This document shows, piece after piece, positions 37,580 to 51,932 of a stretch of DNA of 64,000 nt; within the stretch, counting starts at the first letter, position 1; every line of letters begins with the position of its first letter. Below the pieces are notes generated by a model. The model was not told the DNA's origin. It was given only the letters and a program-made list of their open reading frames with translations, and ran no database searches. The translations under genes were made by a program, and so were the position numbers. Origin of the DNA: Cycas panzhihuaensis (Eukaryota > Plantae > Cycadophyta); NCBI GenBank assembly GCA_023213395.1, contig CM041465.1, forward strand, positions 133,803,741 to 133,867,740. Direction: 5' to 3'.

Positions 37580-40500
37580 AGCTCATCAAGTAAATCCTTC
37601 CTCCAAACAAAATATCTCTTATTTCTAACCCCCTAGTTTGTTAGGGGATCTGCCACCTTATTACCTTCCCTAAAGGTGTGTTAAAGCTGCACATCCAAAA
37701 GGTTCTTTAGAGTATCCTTAATCATTAATTAAAATCTTCAGTCAGGATATGCGGTGTTTCTCAGTCGATTTATTACATTCTAGTAGTCCCCTTCTATAAT
37801 TATCTTGGAGAGGCCTCCATCTAGGGCCATATTCACAGCTTTAAGCATGGTTGCCATCTCAGCAAAGTGATGCGTTTGTTGACCATAATAATCAACAAAG
37901 GCCTAGATGAAGCTACCCTTGGCATCTCTATAGATACTGCCACCACCAACTTCACCAGGGTTGCCTTTCGAAGCCCCATTGAAGTTAATTTTGATCTAGT
38001 GTTCCTTTGGAGGTATCCAACGGCATGATCTCAGGGTCCTTTCCTTGAGATTCTACTGTATGCCCCACTTGCATATGACATTAAGTATAGTCTTCATGTA
38101 TTAAGATCTTACCTTCAATGGGTGCTATATGCTTCTCTTCGAAACTTTTGGCATTTTCCTTTATCTCAGCGCATATGACATTAAGTATAGTCTTCAGGTC
38201 CATCTGTTTATCCCAAAAATTCCTTCTATATATTCCAGGACAACACTGGGAGGGAATTTTTCCAAACACTACTCAGGACTGTACTCTTAAAAGGGCTATG
38301 CCATAGTTGCTATTGATCTACGATATTCCTAGAATGAACCCACACTACCTCGAAAATCTCCAACAGAAGTCTCCAAACCTCGCTAGTATAGGAGCACCGA
38401 AGAAGGATATGATCCACTAATTCCTCCTTGAGGCAACAAATGATACGCCTATTAGTCAATTGATAACCCCTCATGAGATTGTCCATCGTCAAAATTCTTT
38501 TTCTAAGACAAGTCCACCAAAAGACCATAATTTTAGTGATAAGATTAAGCTTCCAAACACCCATCAAGATGTCATTCCTCTAAGCCCCTCTCTCAAGATA
38601 GAGGTAAAGGTAACTTTGTTTCATTGAATAGTCTCTATTTTGAGAGGAGGACCAGATGACCAAGTCTACTCTAGTCAATTTGGGTATATAACATTTGCTA
38701 AGGATCTCTTTAAGTTTAGTGAGACCTTCCCTAGTAGAAGTCCCACCTTAGAGATCCTCAAAGTTCCTCCATCTCCTACTTCTGCCCCCCCTCCCCAATC
38801 AAGTAATCCTTTACATAAATACCATAAAGATTCTCACAACGAGCCTAAAAAGGGGCTAAATCAAAATAGTCCTTTAAGGATGTTGCATTACACCAGGCAT
38901 CTTCCCAGAATTTTATAAAATTCCCATTACCCAAATTCCACTTTAAACCAACTTCCACCAAAAGCTTGGAGCTGAGGATACTCCTCCAAATAGTAGAGCC
39001 AGATGGAGGGATAAAATTCTCAAGGAGAAAGCTGCCCTGTAGGTACTTTTGAGATATAATCCTACCCCACAAACCACCACATCCTTTAACGAGTCTTTAC
39101 CCAAGCTTAGCCACAAGGGTTGAGTTAAATATGTGAGTTCTTCTTAGGTTTAAACCCCTAACCCATTTTGGCATGTAGACCTTATCCCAATTTACCAAGT
39201 GAATTCTTTCCCTCTCTTCTACCCTAGACCAGAGGAATCTTTTTTGGATAGATTTAAGAACCGTAGAGACTCCTGTTAGAATTCTGAAAATAGTCATCCA
39301 ATAAACCAGGATGCTTTGTAGTGAAGAGGCCATAAGTTGAAGCTTACTAGCTTGGCTAAGTAGAGTGCCTTTCCAACCAGCCATCTTCCCTTGAAGGCGG
39401 TCGATAAGAGGGTTCCACAAGTCCTTTGACATCTTTCCCATAAAAAGGGGCATACTAAGGTATATAGTAGGCAATTTCTTAATACCCATTTCCAAGATAT
39501 CACTGATTCTCCTTTACACAGTTCCAAGGGTATTTATGAAGTAGACACTACTTTTGCTCAGATTAACCTTTTGGTTCATGCCTAGCTCGTATCTTTTTAA
39601 TTCATCCTTTATCCTGTGAGCCTCCCTAATAGAGGCTTTCCCCAGGAAAATGTTATTATCAACGAACTGATGGTGAACTATATTATCCACCACTGAGGTC
39701 GAATGAAGACCTTTAACGAATCCTTATCTTTTAACTGCCTCCATGGTCCTACCTAGCAATTCAGCTAAGGTTTTGAAGAGGTAAGGAGATAGAGGGTCCC
39801 CTTGTCTCAAGCCCCTATAGCCTGGGAAAAACCCAGATGAAGAGCCATTGACAGTGACTGAGTATTAAGGGTTTGACATACATAGTTTCATCCATGTCCT
39901 CCACTTCTCCCCAAACCCAAACGCATCCAAGCACTCCATCAGGCAGTTCCATGAGACTCTATCAAAAGCCTTTGAGAGGTCAATTTTTATGAACATAGTA
40001 GGCTCCTTCCTTTCCTTAGCTAAGTACAGAGTTTCATGGAACACAATAATACCATCAGTGATCTGCCTCCCCTGCATGAAACCATCCTGGTTCTAGGGTA
40101 TTATATTAGGGATAATCCCTTTAAGTCTGTTAGCAAGCACTTTGGTAAGGATCTTGTACTTCACATTATAAAGACTACTAGGACAAAAGTCCTCAATTCT
40201 CTTAGCGCCTTCCACTATTAGAATAAGGACCAAGAATGTAGCTTGCCATTCTTGGAGGATCTTTTGGTTTAAGTAAAATTCGTGTAAAGCTTCCATAAGA
40301 TCTTCCCTAATTATATGCCAAATTTCCTAAAAGAAACTGAGAGGAAAGCCATCCAGGCCAGGGGCTTTATCCCTCTTCATTCCAAACACAACCTTCTTGA
40401 CCTCCTCCTAGGTGAATGGGGCTATCAGAGCAACATTTTAAACTTCATTGACCAGGCAGGGAATGGACTGCAAGAGTGACTCCTGGCCTCCCTATCCTCG

Positions 40501-41741
40501 CCTAGCGGTTTAGAGAAGAGATCCTTGAAATAGTCACTCACTAAATCTTTTAAGTATTCTATACTCTTTACAACCAAACCATCCTCCCTTAGGAGACCAT
40601 TAATTCTATTACTAGCTCTATGCTTAACAATAGTCATGTGAAAAAATCTAGTGTTTCTGTCCCCTTCAACAAGCCAAATGGCTCTAGATTTTTGCCTCCA
40701 ATGAATTTCTTCTCTATTCAGTAATTCTTCTAGGTTCTCAACTAGCTCCCTTTTAGCTTTATCTAGGGTCGAGGATCTTCCCTTAGCCTTGATCCTATTT
40801 TGGATTTCATTAAGGTCTTTGATAGTTTGGTCCTTCAGTACATGGATGTTCTAAAAAGTTTCTTTGTTCCAGACTTTCACCTGCCTTTTAACCCAGTCAA
40901 GCTTTTTCAAGTATCTCAACATAGTGTGCCCCCAGATTATGACTTTCCACTAATCCTCCACCTTTTGCCTAAGCTCTAGGTGTCTGATCCACATCATTTT
41001 AAATCTGAAAGGAGAGCCTTTATGTTTTTCCAAGTCTAAAAAGGAGAGCTAAAGAGGAGAGTGATCAGATCCGATTTTAGGGAGGGCCTCAAGGGCAAAG
41101 TCCTTGAAACATCTAGCCCAATCAAAGTTGACCATAACTCTATCTAATTTGATCTGGATAAGTTGGTTGCCCAGTCTTTTATTTAACCATGTAAAGGAGG
41201 CCCCTCTCAGCTTCACATCCGCGAGACCCCCTATCTGCATAAAGCAGTCGAGGTCATCCATGCTGCTCGATTAACCTTCTTGGTCCCCTTTCTTGTCCCC
41301 TGGGCAAAGGCCCATGTTAAAGTCACCAGCGATCAACCAAGGAGCACCGCATTCACTGTGAACTTCCAAAATCTTGTTCCAAAGCCTCTTTCTATCCTTT
41401 TGGTTATTTGAGGCATAGGTGTTCATAGCCAGCCATTTTAAGTTGTTTCTTCTACTGGTCAACCAAATAGAAAGGAAGGATTCCTCCTCCACAAAGGTAT
41501 TCGCCAACCATTCATCAGGGTTCCACATCATCATGAGGCCTCCCATGCCTTAGGTATTGCTAATAGCTTTGCCTTCTGATTTTTTCTAAATTTTAATCAT
41601 AAAACTTTGAATATTTTCTATATTTAGTTTTGTTTCTTATAGGAAGATGAGATTCAGAAGTTCCCTTCTTATTAAATCCCTTAGAATCCTTTGTTTAGAT
41701 GGGGCATTCAAGCCCCTGACGTTACACGAGATTAGTTTCAT
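37580..41741 (-). pseudogene. L1 ORF2: AP endonuclease, RT, zf-RVT, RNase H
   Basis: MKLISCNVRGLNAP at 41741; WLIAGDFN; FTW.N...KLDR; GSDHSP; KAPGLDGF; KIDLSKAFDRVSW; [11 protein letters not shown]; HQFVDN; HILLRCSY; W.PP...KINFNGASKGNPG..GGG RNase H at ~37920-38020. Confidence 0.93.
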
Positions 41742-41752
41742 CTTTTCCTCCT

Positions 41753-43000
41753 CTACTTCCATATCTTCGATGCCTCCCCTTTGGGTAGGTCTCGTCTATC
41801 AGATCTAGTTCTAGCTCTTGGGCCTTCTAGAAAGCCTTCATTGAGGATTTTCTGATTACCCTGGTCTACTTGGGTAGATGCTTCTCTCTCCCTTACTAGT
41901 CTCAAAGGCGACTTGCCAACACGTTTCTCAGAGCTAACATCCAAGGTCTTTCTCTGCACCCCTTCATGATGGAGCTCTTGGGAGGGGATTGGTTCCTCCC
42001 TACCTAGGGCAGGGTTTCCTCCTTGACCCTCTCCTTCAAAAGGGGGTGGAGGGGCAAAGGCCTAGTCTTCATGATCACCCATATCAAAGAGGGTGTCCTC
42101 CATATTAGGATCAAACCCAAGATCTGTATCTCGATACCCTTCTAGGGGGACATCACCTTCCCTCGCTTGAGGCACCTCACCTTGTCCTCAGGTTGCTCCT
42201 TATGCCCTCCTTTTGTTGGCTCTATCTCCTGATGTTCCACCTCATTATAAGAGATTACATTATGTTCTAGGTTTTCTTCCTCTAGATGCCTCTCACCTGG
42301 GCATTTCTGAGGTAAATACCCCAACCTCCTACAAAGGGAACATCTAAAATTCTCCATCTCATAAATTAGCGGTTGGGCCCAACACTAGTCCTCTATGTCC
42401 ATCCATATTTCCTCTAGGAGAGGCTTGTTGATCCTAGTTAGAGCCCAAAATCTGGTATTAATAAGCCTACTTTTGTTTTTAGTCACTGAGTCCACCACAA
42501 GGAGGGGACCCATAGCTTTCGCCATCCCCTTCAAGACTTCCATGTTCCAATGGTGCAACGAGAGACCTGGAAGTTGGATCCAAATAGGGACTTACTTAAC
42601 CATTAGGACTGATGAGTCGAAGTCCCTATGTCACTTTTCCAATATTAAAGCCTTCCTCCCAAACATCCATGGGGCCCTTAGGAGTATGTTTGTCATGTCT
42701 TCTTGGTAAATGAATTTAGAAAATACACATCCTTTTGGCAATGCTATGACTTCTACATTTCCCATCATCCTCCATTTAATCATGATCCAGCTTCTTATGG
42801 CTTCCAGCCCTGGTCGGGGACCAGAGAATCTGCCAACCAAACTATTATCCCATTGCTTCTCAGTTCTCTCTGCCAGCTTCTTTGGGATTTTCAGTCAAAC
42901 TTTATTATCTTGTATAAAGGGTGTTAGGTCATATTCTTCAGCATCTCTGGATCTTAAGATATATAGGTAAGATTTTCCCTAAGAAGGGTTATGAGATTGG
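41753..43000 (-). pseudogene. L1 ORF1 (DUF4283-like domain + Zn knuckle); 5' boundary uncertain
   Basis: VGRFSGPRPGL..IRSWI..KW, APWMFG, PIWIQLPGL, CSLCRRLGYLPQKC. Confidence 0.85.
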
Positions 43001-44432
43001 TTCTATACCATTTGATCTTTCTCCATAACAAAATAAGAAGATAAAAACTATATATTAAAAAACATCCTTTATTTGACTGGGAATAGGGGTTATACCATGA
43101 GAAAAGGGAATGAGACTATCGTCCCGCCTAGACTGAGTAAGGTCTCTCTTTGATCCTCTAACTCATGGATTAACTCTGCTGCTGCTACCAGTGCATTTAC
43201 ATCTCCCCCAACTAGTCCAACCTTTGGTTTAAGTGTTCCTCCAGTAGGTATCTGCCTGCATTAACTTTGTGCAGCATGTATCTCTCCTCTCTGTCTGGTT
43301 CCTTCCATCCACTAGTTAACCCGTGCCTCTACAAGCCTAATCCATTTGAATCTAGGAGCTAGGATTCCTTGTACTCCCCACTGTGCTATCTGTGTTGCCT
43401 TTGTCATGTGCCTCATGCCTCCATCTAGCTCATTCTATCCATGGTTGAATACTCGTAAATCTTTCTATGGGATAAAATGCTCCACATTGCATATCTGGAG
43501 GGGGACCTGCTCCCTCTTACCTATCTAGACTCTCCTAGCATCTTCCACAATGACTAAGAAGCTGCGATCTCACCTCCAAAACCCTAGCAGAACCCCTCAC
43601 GTTCGTCATTCAGTTAGTTTGAAATCCTTTGTATAAATTTTTTTTCCTTATGTCAAAAACATATTGACCTCAAGATATTAACTTCAATAAAATGTGAAAA
43701 TTTCTTAAAATGGCCTAACTTATCATTAAGGGGGAATGGAAAATAATAATATTTTCAACTTTTCATCCAAAGTCAATATTAAGGATAGATGTTAAGAATT
43801 AATATTAACTTTAGGTTATTTAGATTATTATGAAATTAGTTTTTATATATTATATGCCTTTTAAAGGCATGAAAGAAATATATGGATTATGATTCATTTA
43901 TTTAATATTTCGCTCTATTTTCAATAGTAGAGTTATTAGCATTTAGAGAAAACTATTCTTATTTTGAGAATCATGATATTTAATTCTTAAGATCCTTTAA
44001 GGTAATGTAGTAATTTATTTATTTAAAAGTAGAAAAATAATTTCCACTTCAATAGAGTTATATGTCCATGAGAGATTTCATTTCTTCACACTAAGACTAG
44101 GGGGATTAAGGAGCACTTCTAGCATTTAGTGATTATTCTACCTACTCATTCATTTAATATCTAGAGGGGAGAAGTTTTAATGTTGTATTAGTATCTTCAC
44201 TTATTAGAGCAACTTATTTTGATATGTATTATCTCATTATAAACACTATTTTTTATTAATTTTGAGGAACTCTACATATATCTCTTTACCATATTATTTA
44301 TTATTAGAATATTTATGTTAATATTTGTAATAAGTATTTACAATAGGTGGTTAACCTAATGTGTATTTTATTATTTTATTAATATTATAATTACTTATAT
44401 GTTACTATTCATGAATCTAATATGTGTGTAAC

Positions 44433-44812
44433 TAGGATAAATTTATCCCAATATTCTCTCCAATTAAACATACAAGGAGCTCAAAATAAATAATAGAAAT
44501 AATAATGATCTCACTTTATTGATATTGAGCAACAAAATATTATAGAAAAGACCACATAAAGGACACCAAAAGATTACATGATAGTATTTCTTATAAAAGT
44601 TTATAAGATATAATGACCCTTACATTTACATTAGGAGTTAAATAAGAAACCAAAGACTCTTCTACTAGATTCTTATTAGTGGAGTAAATGACCTCTAATT
44701 CTATTAGTGTACATAATGATCCACACATAAGAGTTACGAATTATCATAAACCTTATTCACTTGGTCACATGCTAGCAACTTGATGTTGCTAGTGGTAGAG
44801 GGCTATGTATTA
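44433..44812 (-). repeat. 3' LTR of E
   Basis: direct repeat of 51555-51932. Confidence 0.88.
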
Positions 44813-46259
44813 AGTCCCTTCCCTTGAGATGTTATGTCCTCACACCTGAGAAGGTATGAATGTTACTTAACAAACTCTATCAATTCTTCAATTTCCTCTT
44901 TAGGTTCACATTAAGCCCATTATACCAAATACTCAAAGATAATTTGGTTCTAAAGGATACATTACTAATAATATAAAATATGATATGGTGGGATTGTGAG
45001 AAGTTATTCTTCATTAAGTATTAGGAGGATAGTCTAGGGAACTATCTTTTTCTCTAGATATTCTTTTAAGCAAGAAACATAAAAAACATATTGGATTCTG
45101 GTGTTGGAAGGGAGCTCTAGAGCATACACAACTTTTTTGATCCATTGGAGTATCTTATAAGGATTATAATAATAGGGGTTAAGTTTATGGTATTTATTCT
45201 TGCCAATGGATTATTATTTATAGTTCTAAAGGTGAAGAAAAATTAGGTTAACAATAGAAAAAGATTAATAAAAGTGCTAGAGATTAGTGAGTTGCTTCAT
45301 ATGATTTTAAGTAGAAATTAGGTTCTTTTTAAGAGTATGAAAAACTTGGTTTGTCTTAGTGTTTTAATTGGTCTACAATAGCTTAGAGTTTTATGGATAG
45401 GGTATGATAGGATGGTGGGGGATAACCATAGAAAGCCATAAATAGGGGCATGTTAATGGTTGAGTGACAAGATGAGTCATACCAATACTCTACTAAAGTT
45501 AATAAGAAAAATCATATATTTTTATGTTTAGAGGTAAATTAATATAGATAAGTTTGTAATGACTTATTCAAGACTTCTGATTAGTTACTAGTTTGTGGAT
45601 ATTATATTTATCTCATATTAAATGAAATGTTTAATGCATAAAAGAGTTTTTACTAAAATAAATTAGTGAATTTAGGGTCTTATCACATACTATGGTTTAG
45701 GAGAATCCATGTAGGTAGAAAATTGTTTGGATATAGATATTAGTAATACAAGAGGCCTTGTAAGATATGTGGATGGGCAAAAAATAGGCATACTTAGTTG
45801 GTTGATCAATGACTACTAAAATGGAGTCAAACCTAACAGATGAGGGTATGCTTATTATAAAGTCCATGGCAATGTCCAACCACTTACTTTATGAAATATG
45901 TAGGGTTGGAGTAGGCTTGGTTGATCCTTAGCTTTGACTTCATTCCTTTAACATGCATCACACTATGAAACAAATATAAGAATTATAGACTTCATGTGAG
46001 GCCATTAGAAGTCAAATTAGATATGATGATATATTTTGTCAAACCTTGATTAAGGGGGATGGAATGGTACTTGTCTAGAATTTGAGGGATAAAAGCGGAT
46101 GCAAGATGAATAAAAAATATGGTTCCTATATAAGATATGATTATGATGTATAGACTAATGCTTTTGGATATTAATTTTTGAGACTCAATGAGCATATTCA
46201 AGTTGGAAGTGGTTGTTAAAGGCCAATTTAGTTAACCATGTTGATTGAGCTTGGGAGAT

Positions 46260-46753
46260 TGTTGGGTATGTGACAATAATATATAAGGAGGCTAAAATTT
46301 TGGACCTTTTTCTATTTCGGTTTCCCTACCAACTTTTATTCAAGGTAGGGAGGGTGTGGGGGGGCTTATTCCTCCACTAGTATCATCGGGGGTCTGTTCA
46401 TTAAAAACACCCTAGATTTGATGGTTGTGATTGATGTACCTTCTTATATGTAACCTACATTGGGTAATTGGGTTTTGTTCAGTTCTTATATCACATTATA
46501 ATATATCATGGATGACTACTAGTTGTTGTTACTATATTCTCTATGGTGGCTAATATATAGATCTTCATTCTTGATTAATAAAGATCAATACCTTTCCTGT
46601 ATGGATGTTTCCCTAGCACTCTGTTAGGGTTTTACCATGTTATATCTGGTGTACTTGGTAATATGTATGCTTTTGTGTATATTTTGAATGATCTCTAGTT
46701 TATGTGTTTGCATTTATTTATAGTCTTAAATATTATTCTCATTACAAAATAGA
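46260..46753 (+). repeat. probable solo LTR inserted in pol of E
   Basis: starts TGTTGGG, LTR-like composition, interrupts E coding remnants; TSD only approximate (gagat/cagat). Confidence 0.45.
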
Positions 46754-48726
46754 CAGATCTTAGTGGTTAGTTTTGGTTATTTAGAACCAAGTTTGCTCAA
46801 CATAGATGGCATGAATGGTAGGTTCTAAGGGGAGTTAGGGGAGAGCATTAATAATCGCATTTTCTTTATCTTTCTTGTAAGTGATGGTAAAATAAAATAC
46901 TTGAAGATGATCTATCCATTTTTTGTATTCTTTTAATAGAATTAGTTAGTCCAAAAGATGATGGAGGTTATGATGTTTAGTTAAGAGAGTAAATTTATAT
47001 TTGAGGAGATATTATCACCACTTATTTATAGCATATATAATGTATTTTATTTCATTTTATTATGTTGATAATTTGTATTCATAGTCCCTGAGCTTATGAA
47101 TCTTGAATGGTATTGGATAAAGATTTTACATAAGGACCATACCCAACTTGATTCTAGAAGCATTATACTCTAATTAGGAGGGTTAGGAGAAATTGAGAGC
47201 AACAAGGACTAGGGTGGATGTCATGGATGCCTTAATATTGTTAAAGGTATTATTTGTAGCTTATGACTATTGAAATGATTCCTTATAAAGTAGGTTAGTT
47301 AAAGGAGCTATGAGAGAGATATAGTTCTTCATAAAATGCTAATAAAATCATATATGCCTTAAGAAAGTGCACAATTGTATGAAACTTTTTTGTGTAGTCC
47401 ATGTCCTAATAAAATAATATATCCTAAATATTATAACTTGGATTTACCAAATTTGTATTTAGATAATTTAACATATAACTAATGCTACATAAGGATTTGA
47501 AGGGTAGTTTCTAAATGTTGGATGTGTTGTGCCATAAAGGAACTATATATAAGGAAATCATCAAAGAAAATAATGATAAATTTTCATAAGTGAGGAAAAA
47601 ATATTTTATTCATTATTTCTTGAAATGTGGCTAGGTCATTATAGAGGCCAAAGGGTATGAATTGAAACTCAAAATAGCTATGGTATGCTTAAAAGCCTAC
47701 TTTATATTAATTCCCAAGGGCAATGGGAATTTAGTAGTAGCAAGATTAAAGATCTAACTTGGAAAATATGGTGGTGCTATGGATTGCATCTAACATGTCA
47801 TCGATTTGAGGGTATAAAACTTATTTTTGATAGTGATTTTATTAAGTTTATGATAGTTGATGCAAAGTCAATAACATCCATCCTTTTAATGAACTAATAT
47901 AATGGGAGTTGTATACATGCATTTATTAGGATAAATAACACTTATGTCTATCAATTTATCTATAATTATTTCAATGTTATTCTTTTAAAAGTATAAATTT
48001 TGTAATGCTAGTAGTTAATGGGATCATGCAAGTTTTTAAGTTTGATCATATGGTAATAGTCATAATTTGGAGGAGGGTTACTAGGAAGCGGTAGCAAAAA
48101 TAGATTGGTACTTAGTGAAGATGGGTTAGATATCTAGATGAACTTTGGGATGAGGTTGAATATTATTAATGTATACTATATACCAAATACTACTATTTAA
48201 TTGATTTCACATCTAATTTTAGAAAATGATCTTATTGGGTGGAGGTTGGAAATAGTGAAGTTTATGAGTTTGCCCAAAGTTATCTTTTAATAATATGAAA
48301 GGATTACTAGGAGAATTATTAGTATTATATGCACCAAGTGTTTAGAGCCATTAGACTTTAAGGATAATATCAGGTCCTCTAATTAATAAGACTTATAATC
48401 TAGAAACCAAATGGTAAGTTTCAATTTAAACATGTAAGCATTTTATTATCCTGGCACAATGAAGAGTGTGGTAGCTTGGAAGGAAGTAAGTGAATCATAT
48501 TTTTTGCATAATGCATAAGTTGAGTTATCTAGATAATGAGATATCAATGAAGTTTAATGATATACCAATGTTAATTAGGATAGTAAGGGGACTATTCCAA
48601 AGTTTTCCTTCAACACATGGAGGTTTAGGATAGGCAATTGAGGAAATAATAAATAAGAAAATGTTAGGCTTAAGGTTAAGGGGAGGTTCCAAGGATGACT
48701 CTTCTTTAGGTTCCTGGTTAGAGTTG

Positions 48727-49084
48727 TTGAACTATTCTAGCCCTTTCCTAGGTGTTTCTAAACTCAACTCTATGATTTATAGTTAGGTGGATGTGGATTT
48801 ATTCTTAGGCCTTCTTAAGGTAGTGGCTCCTTCTCCACTATCACCTTGAGGTTTTGGTGTTGTGGTAAATGCTAAGTGGTATCGAAGTGGGGTCCATGGT
48901 TTGAGTCACTTTAAGTTTGGTTTGTAGGTGGGTGTTGGAGTATCCTAGACCCCTCTTAGGTGTTTCTAAACTTGACTCTTTGATTCATGGGTGGGTGGAT
49001 GTGGACTTATTCCTAGGCCTTCTTAAGGCAATGGCTCCCTCTCCACTATCACCTCCAGGTTTTGGTGTGATGGTAAATGCTAAG
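48727..49084. repeat. tandem duplication (~150-bp match, period ~208 bp) within E
   Basis: 48727-48876 repeated at 48935-49084. Confidence 0.85.
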
Positions 49085-51554
49085 AAGAGTTAAAATCTTT
49101 CCCAAAAGATAATCTAGTGTCAATATTAAATACTATGTATTTTTCCTTATAAAATCTACTATGACTAAGGGTTTATCATTCTAAGAATTATATACACATG
49201 CTAACTTATTTATATCTATGTACTTCTATAGGTGGAATACGATCTAATATTGAGGAGTGTTCTACTACTAATGGTTGCTCTATTATAGGAAATTATGAGT
49301 CATCGAGATGAGGTCATTAATGATGTATATCTATTGGCTGAGGATGTTAATGCCATGCAAAATCTGAATCAAAGGTTGATGCCCAATTCACTTCTAGTTC
49401 AACCTCAATTAGTTTGGTCATATGATTGCTTATCTTAAGTTTGCTAGTGGTGTCATTTTGAGACATATTTGGATATGCACCTTGAGCTCTACTACATATA
49501 TTTCAATGAATATTTGATAATCAAGAGATTGACTCACACTATTTTATATATTCTAGAATTTATTCATATAGACTTCAACAAATCATAATTATTTTAATTA
49601 AGTAAGTTGGCTAGAGAAAGCTAAATTCCACATATCATCATACTGCTTAAAGTAGTTGCTATAGAATTGAGTCCATGTTTTATTAGTTGGATACTCTTAT
49701 TGCCACCATTTAAACTAGTGATACACTTTTACATCTAGATGTATAGAGGTGAAAGTTATTTAGTTATCTAAAGATATGAGGTTAAGGGTAAAGCAAGACT
49801 AGTTTATTGATCTAGCTCCTTATACTATCCTTATTAAGGTCTAGATTGAATGTAGGGATATTAATATTATGATGAAAAAGGTTGTTATTATAAGCCATGG
49901 TTAAGAGGGGGTTGTTGTTGTTGGTTTAATATTCTTATTGAAATTGAGATAGAGGTTAGGTTGGCCAACCAAGTAACTAGATTTGTAATGTCATTTGTCA
50001 TCTTTATGTGATCTTTCTGAGTAGCTATATTTAGTAACATCTAGATGATATCATTATGCATGGTGGTGAAATCACTCTATATAGTGGTGAACCAGGTCTC
50101 TAAATTTGAAATTTAGTCTACTTATATTGGTTCCATTATTTGGATAAATATGAGTTACTAAAAAGGAAGGGAATTCTATGAAAAGGGATTAGAGAGATAA
50201 AATGGGATAAATAATTTGGCATGAGATATAAAGGAAGGGACTCAAAAATCAAGAAGTGATATAAGGGAAAAAGAAAGGAGGAGAGGGGGTGGGGTGTCTA
50301 TAGCTTGTTGACCTTAAAAAATATATAATGAATTTTCTTAGTACACCGAGATGAGTATGGAGAGCTTGTCAAAATAGGGTAGGTAAGTTTTAAGTAAAAA
50401 TTTTAGGTTGTGAGGCCTACGAGATTCTTATAAGTAATTTTTCCCTAAAAATGATTGTTCAAACTAATTTAATAAAAAATAATCAACACGATGCACTAGT
50501 TAGAATAAGATATATGAATAAACAAGCATAACATTTAGGTGATAGATTTATATATTTTTAGTTTACGTGGAGTTTACTTATTTAGTTTTCATATACAATA
50601 GAGTAATATGTACATAAGTGATGTATAAATAATTATATTCTTCTCTAGTTTTTCTTTGAAGAGTAGATGCTAGACACAAGGACTAGACTTTAGACTTAAG
50701 GACTAGACTCTAAACTGAAGGATTGGATAGGAAGAAGTTTGTAATTACTTTGGTATTATTACTATGTTATGATTTGTAGGTTACATCTGTCTTTTGATTT
50801 ATGTTGTTGGTGTTCTATTATTTATAACTTGATTTTATCTTCTAATTTATATCATTGATGCTTATGGTGTAATTAGTAAGAGTAGTATAAATAATACTTA
50901 ATATAATAGGTTTCTCTAAAAAACTCTAACACAAGTTTATATGATCTATAGGCACTTTAATAAATGGTTCTATTAACATTAATGCTTGGCCTAATATCTC
51001 ATGGCATTAACTATGGAGGAATATCTATTCTCATAACTATGATAATTGTTCAAAGATATTTAAGAAGGGTAACTTCTTGGTTGTAACTACTATCATATTA
51101 CATATGATAGATGATCGGCAAGCTTCTTATTTTAGGTATAGGAGTAGATCCTAAAGGGCTCCTCATATATATATCTAAACATATGTGTAGGCTCACTTTT
51201 GTATGTAGTACTATCTAAGGCTTCTATAAGTAGTGTGATTTGCTTCATGTCACATATTGGTGTATGCCCAAATATGCTTATCCTATAGCAACAAACTCCC
51301 CATGGATATTTAAAGACCCCTAGAACAAGGTCTCTACTTAAATCAATAAGGAAAAATAGAAAGGAGTGATTATTGCTACATGATAGTAAAATTTTATAAA
51401 ACATATGAAAATAGATAACATAATAAAATGAAGGAGAGGGTTATGAATTTTTCATTATGGGTGGAAAAATTCCTAATTTCTTAGTCTATTTCTTTATTAT
51501 GCCTCTTCTTCATAATCCTTCAAATTTGACCATTAACCAAGCTCTGTTACCACT

Positions 51555-51932
51555 TGGGATAGATTTATCTTGGTATTCTTTCTAATTGCATACACAAGGA
51601 GCTCAAAGGGTATAATAGAAATAACAATGATCTTACTTTATTGATATTGAGCACTAAAAGATTACAAAAAGACCATATAAATGACACCAAAACATTGTAC
51701 ATCTATATGTTACAAAAGTTTATAAAACATAATGACCCTTACATTTACATTAGGTTTTAAATAGGAAACTAAGGCCTCTTCTATTGGATTATTATTCATA
51801 TAATAAACAACCTCCAATTCTATTAGAGTGCATAATGGTCTATGCATAAGGGTTAAGAACTAGCATTAACCTTTAGTCACTTGGTTACATATTAGCAATC
51901 AAGTTTCACTAGTGATAGAGGGTTATGTAATA
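51555..51932 (-). repeat. 5' LTR of E
   Basis: adjacent PBS; repeat of 44433-44812. Confidence 0.88.

Larger units (their letters stand above)
37322..43644 (-). mobile_element. L1-clade LINE, near full-length, decayed
   Basis: ORF1 and ORF2 remnants in order; candidate TSD tccttatatatcaaaaac (37304-37321) / tccttatgtcaaaaac (43645-43660). Confidence 0.9.
44433..51932 (-). mobile_element. Ty3/gypsy element E, Reina-like chromovirus, highly decayed
   Basis: LTRs 44433-44812 and 51555-51932; PBS tggtaacagagc ~51541-51552; PPT caagggaagggact 44813-44826; TSD gtaac/gtaat; integrase DIAMDFI..ILVVID..TKYAYF (45697-45879); chromodomain EYLV*W ~44900-44940; gag remnants ~49450-49850. Confidence 0.85.

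Noticed and set aside
43789-44315. Possible 3' LTR of another element (PPT-like boxes at ~43728 and ~43780)
   Set aside because: No partner LTR, right boundary or coding evidence in the window
50409-50933. Possible second solo LTR within E (TGTGAGG...CTAACACA)
   Set aside because: No convincing TSD or partner copy; left unannotated
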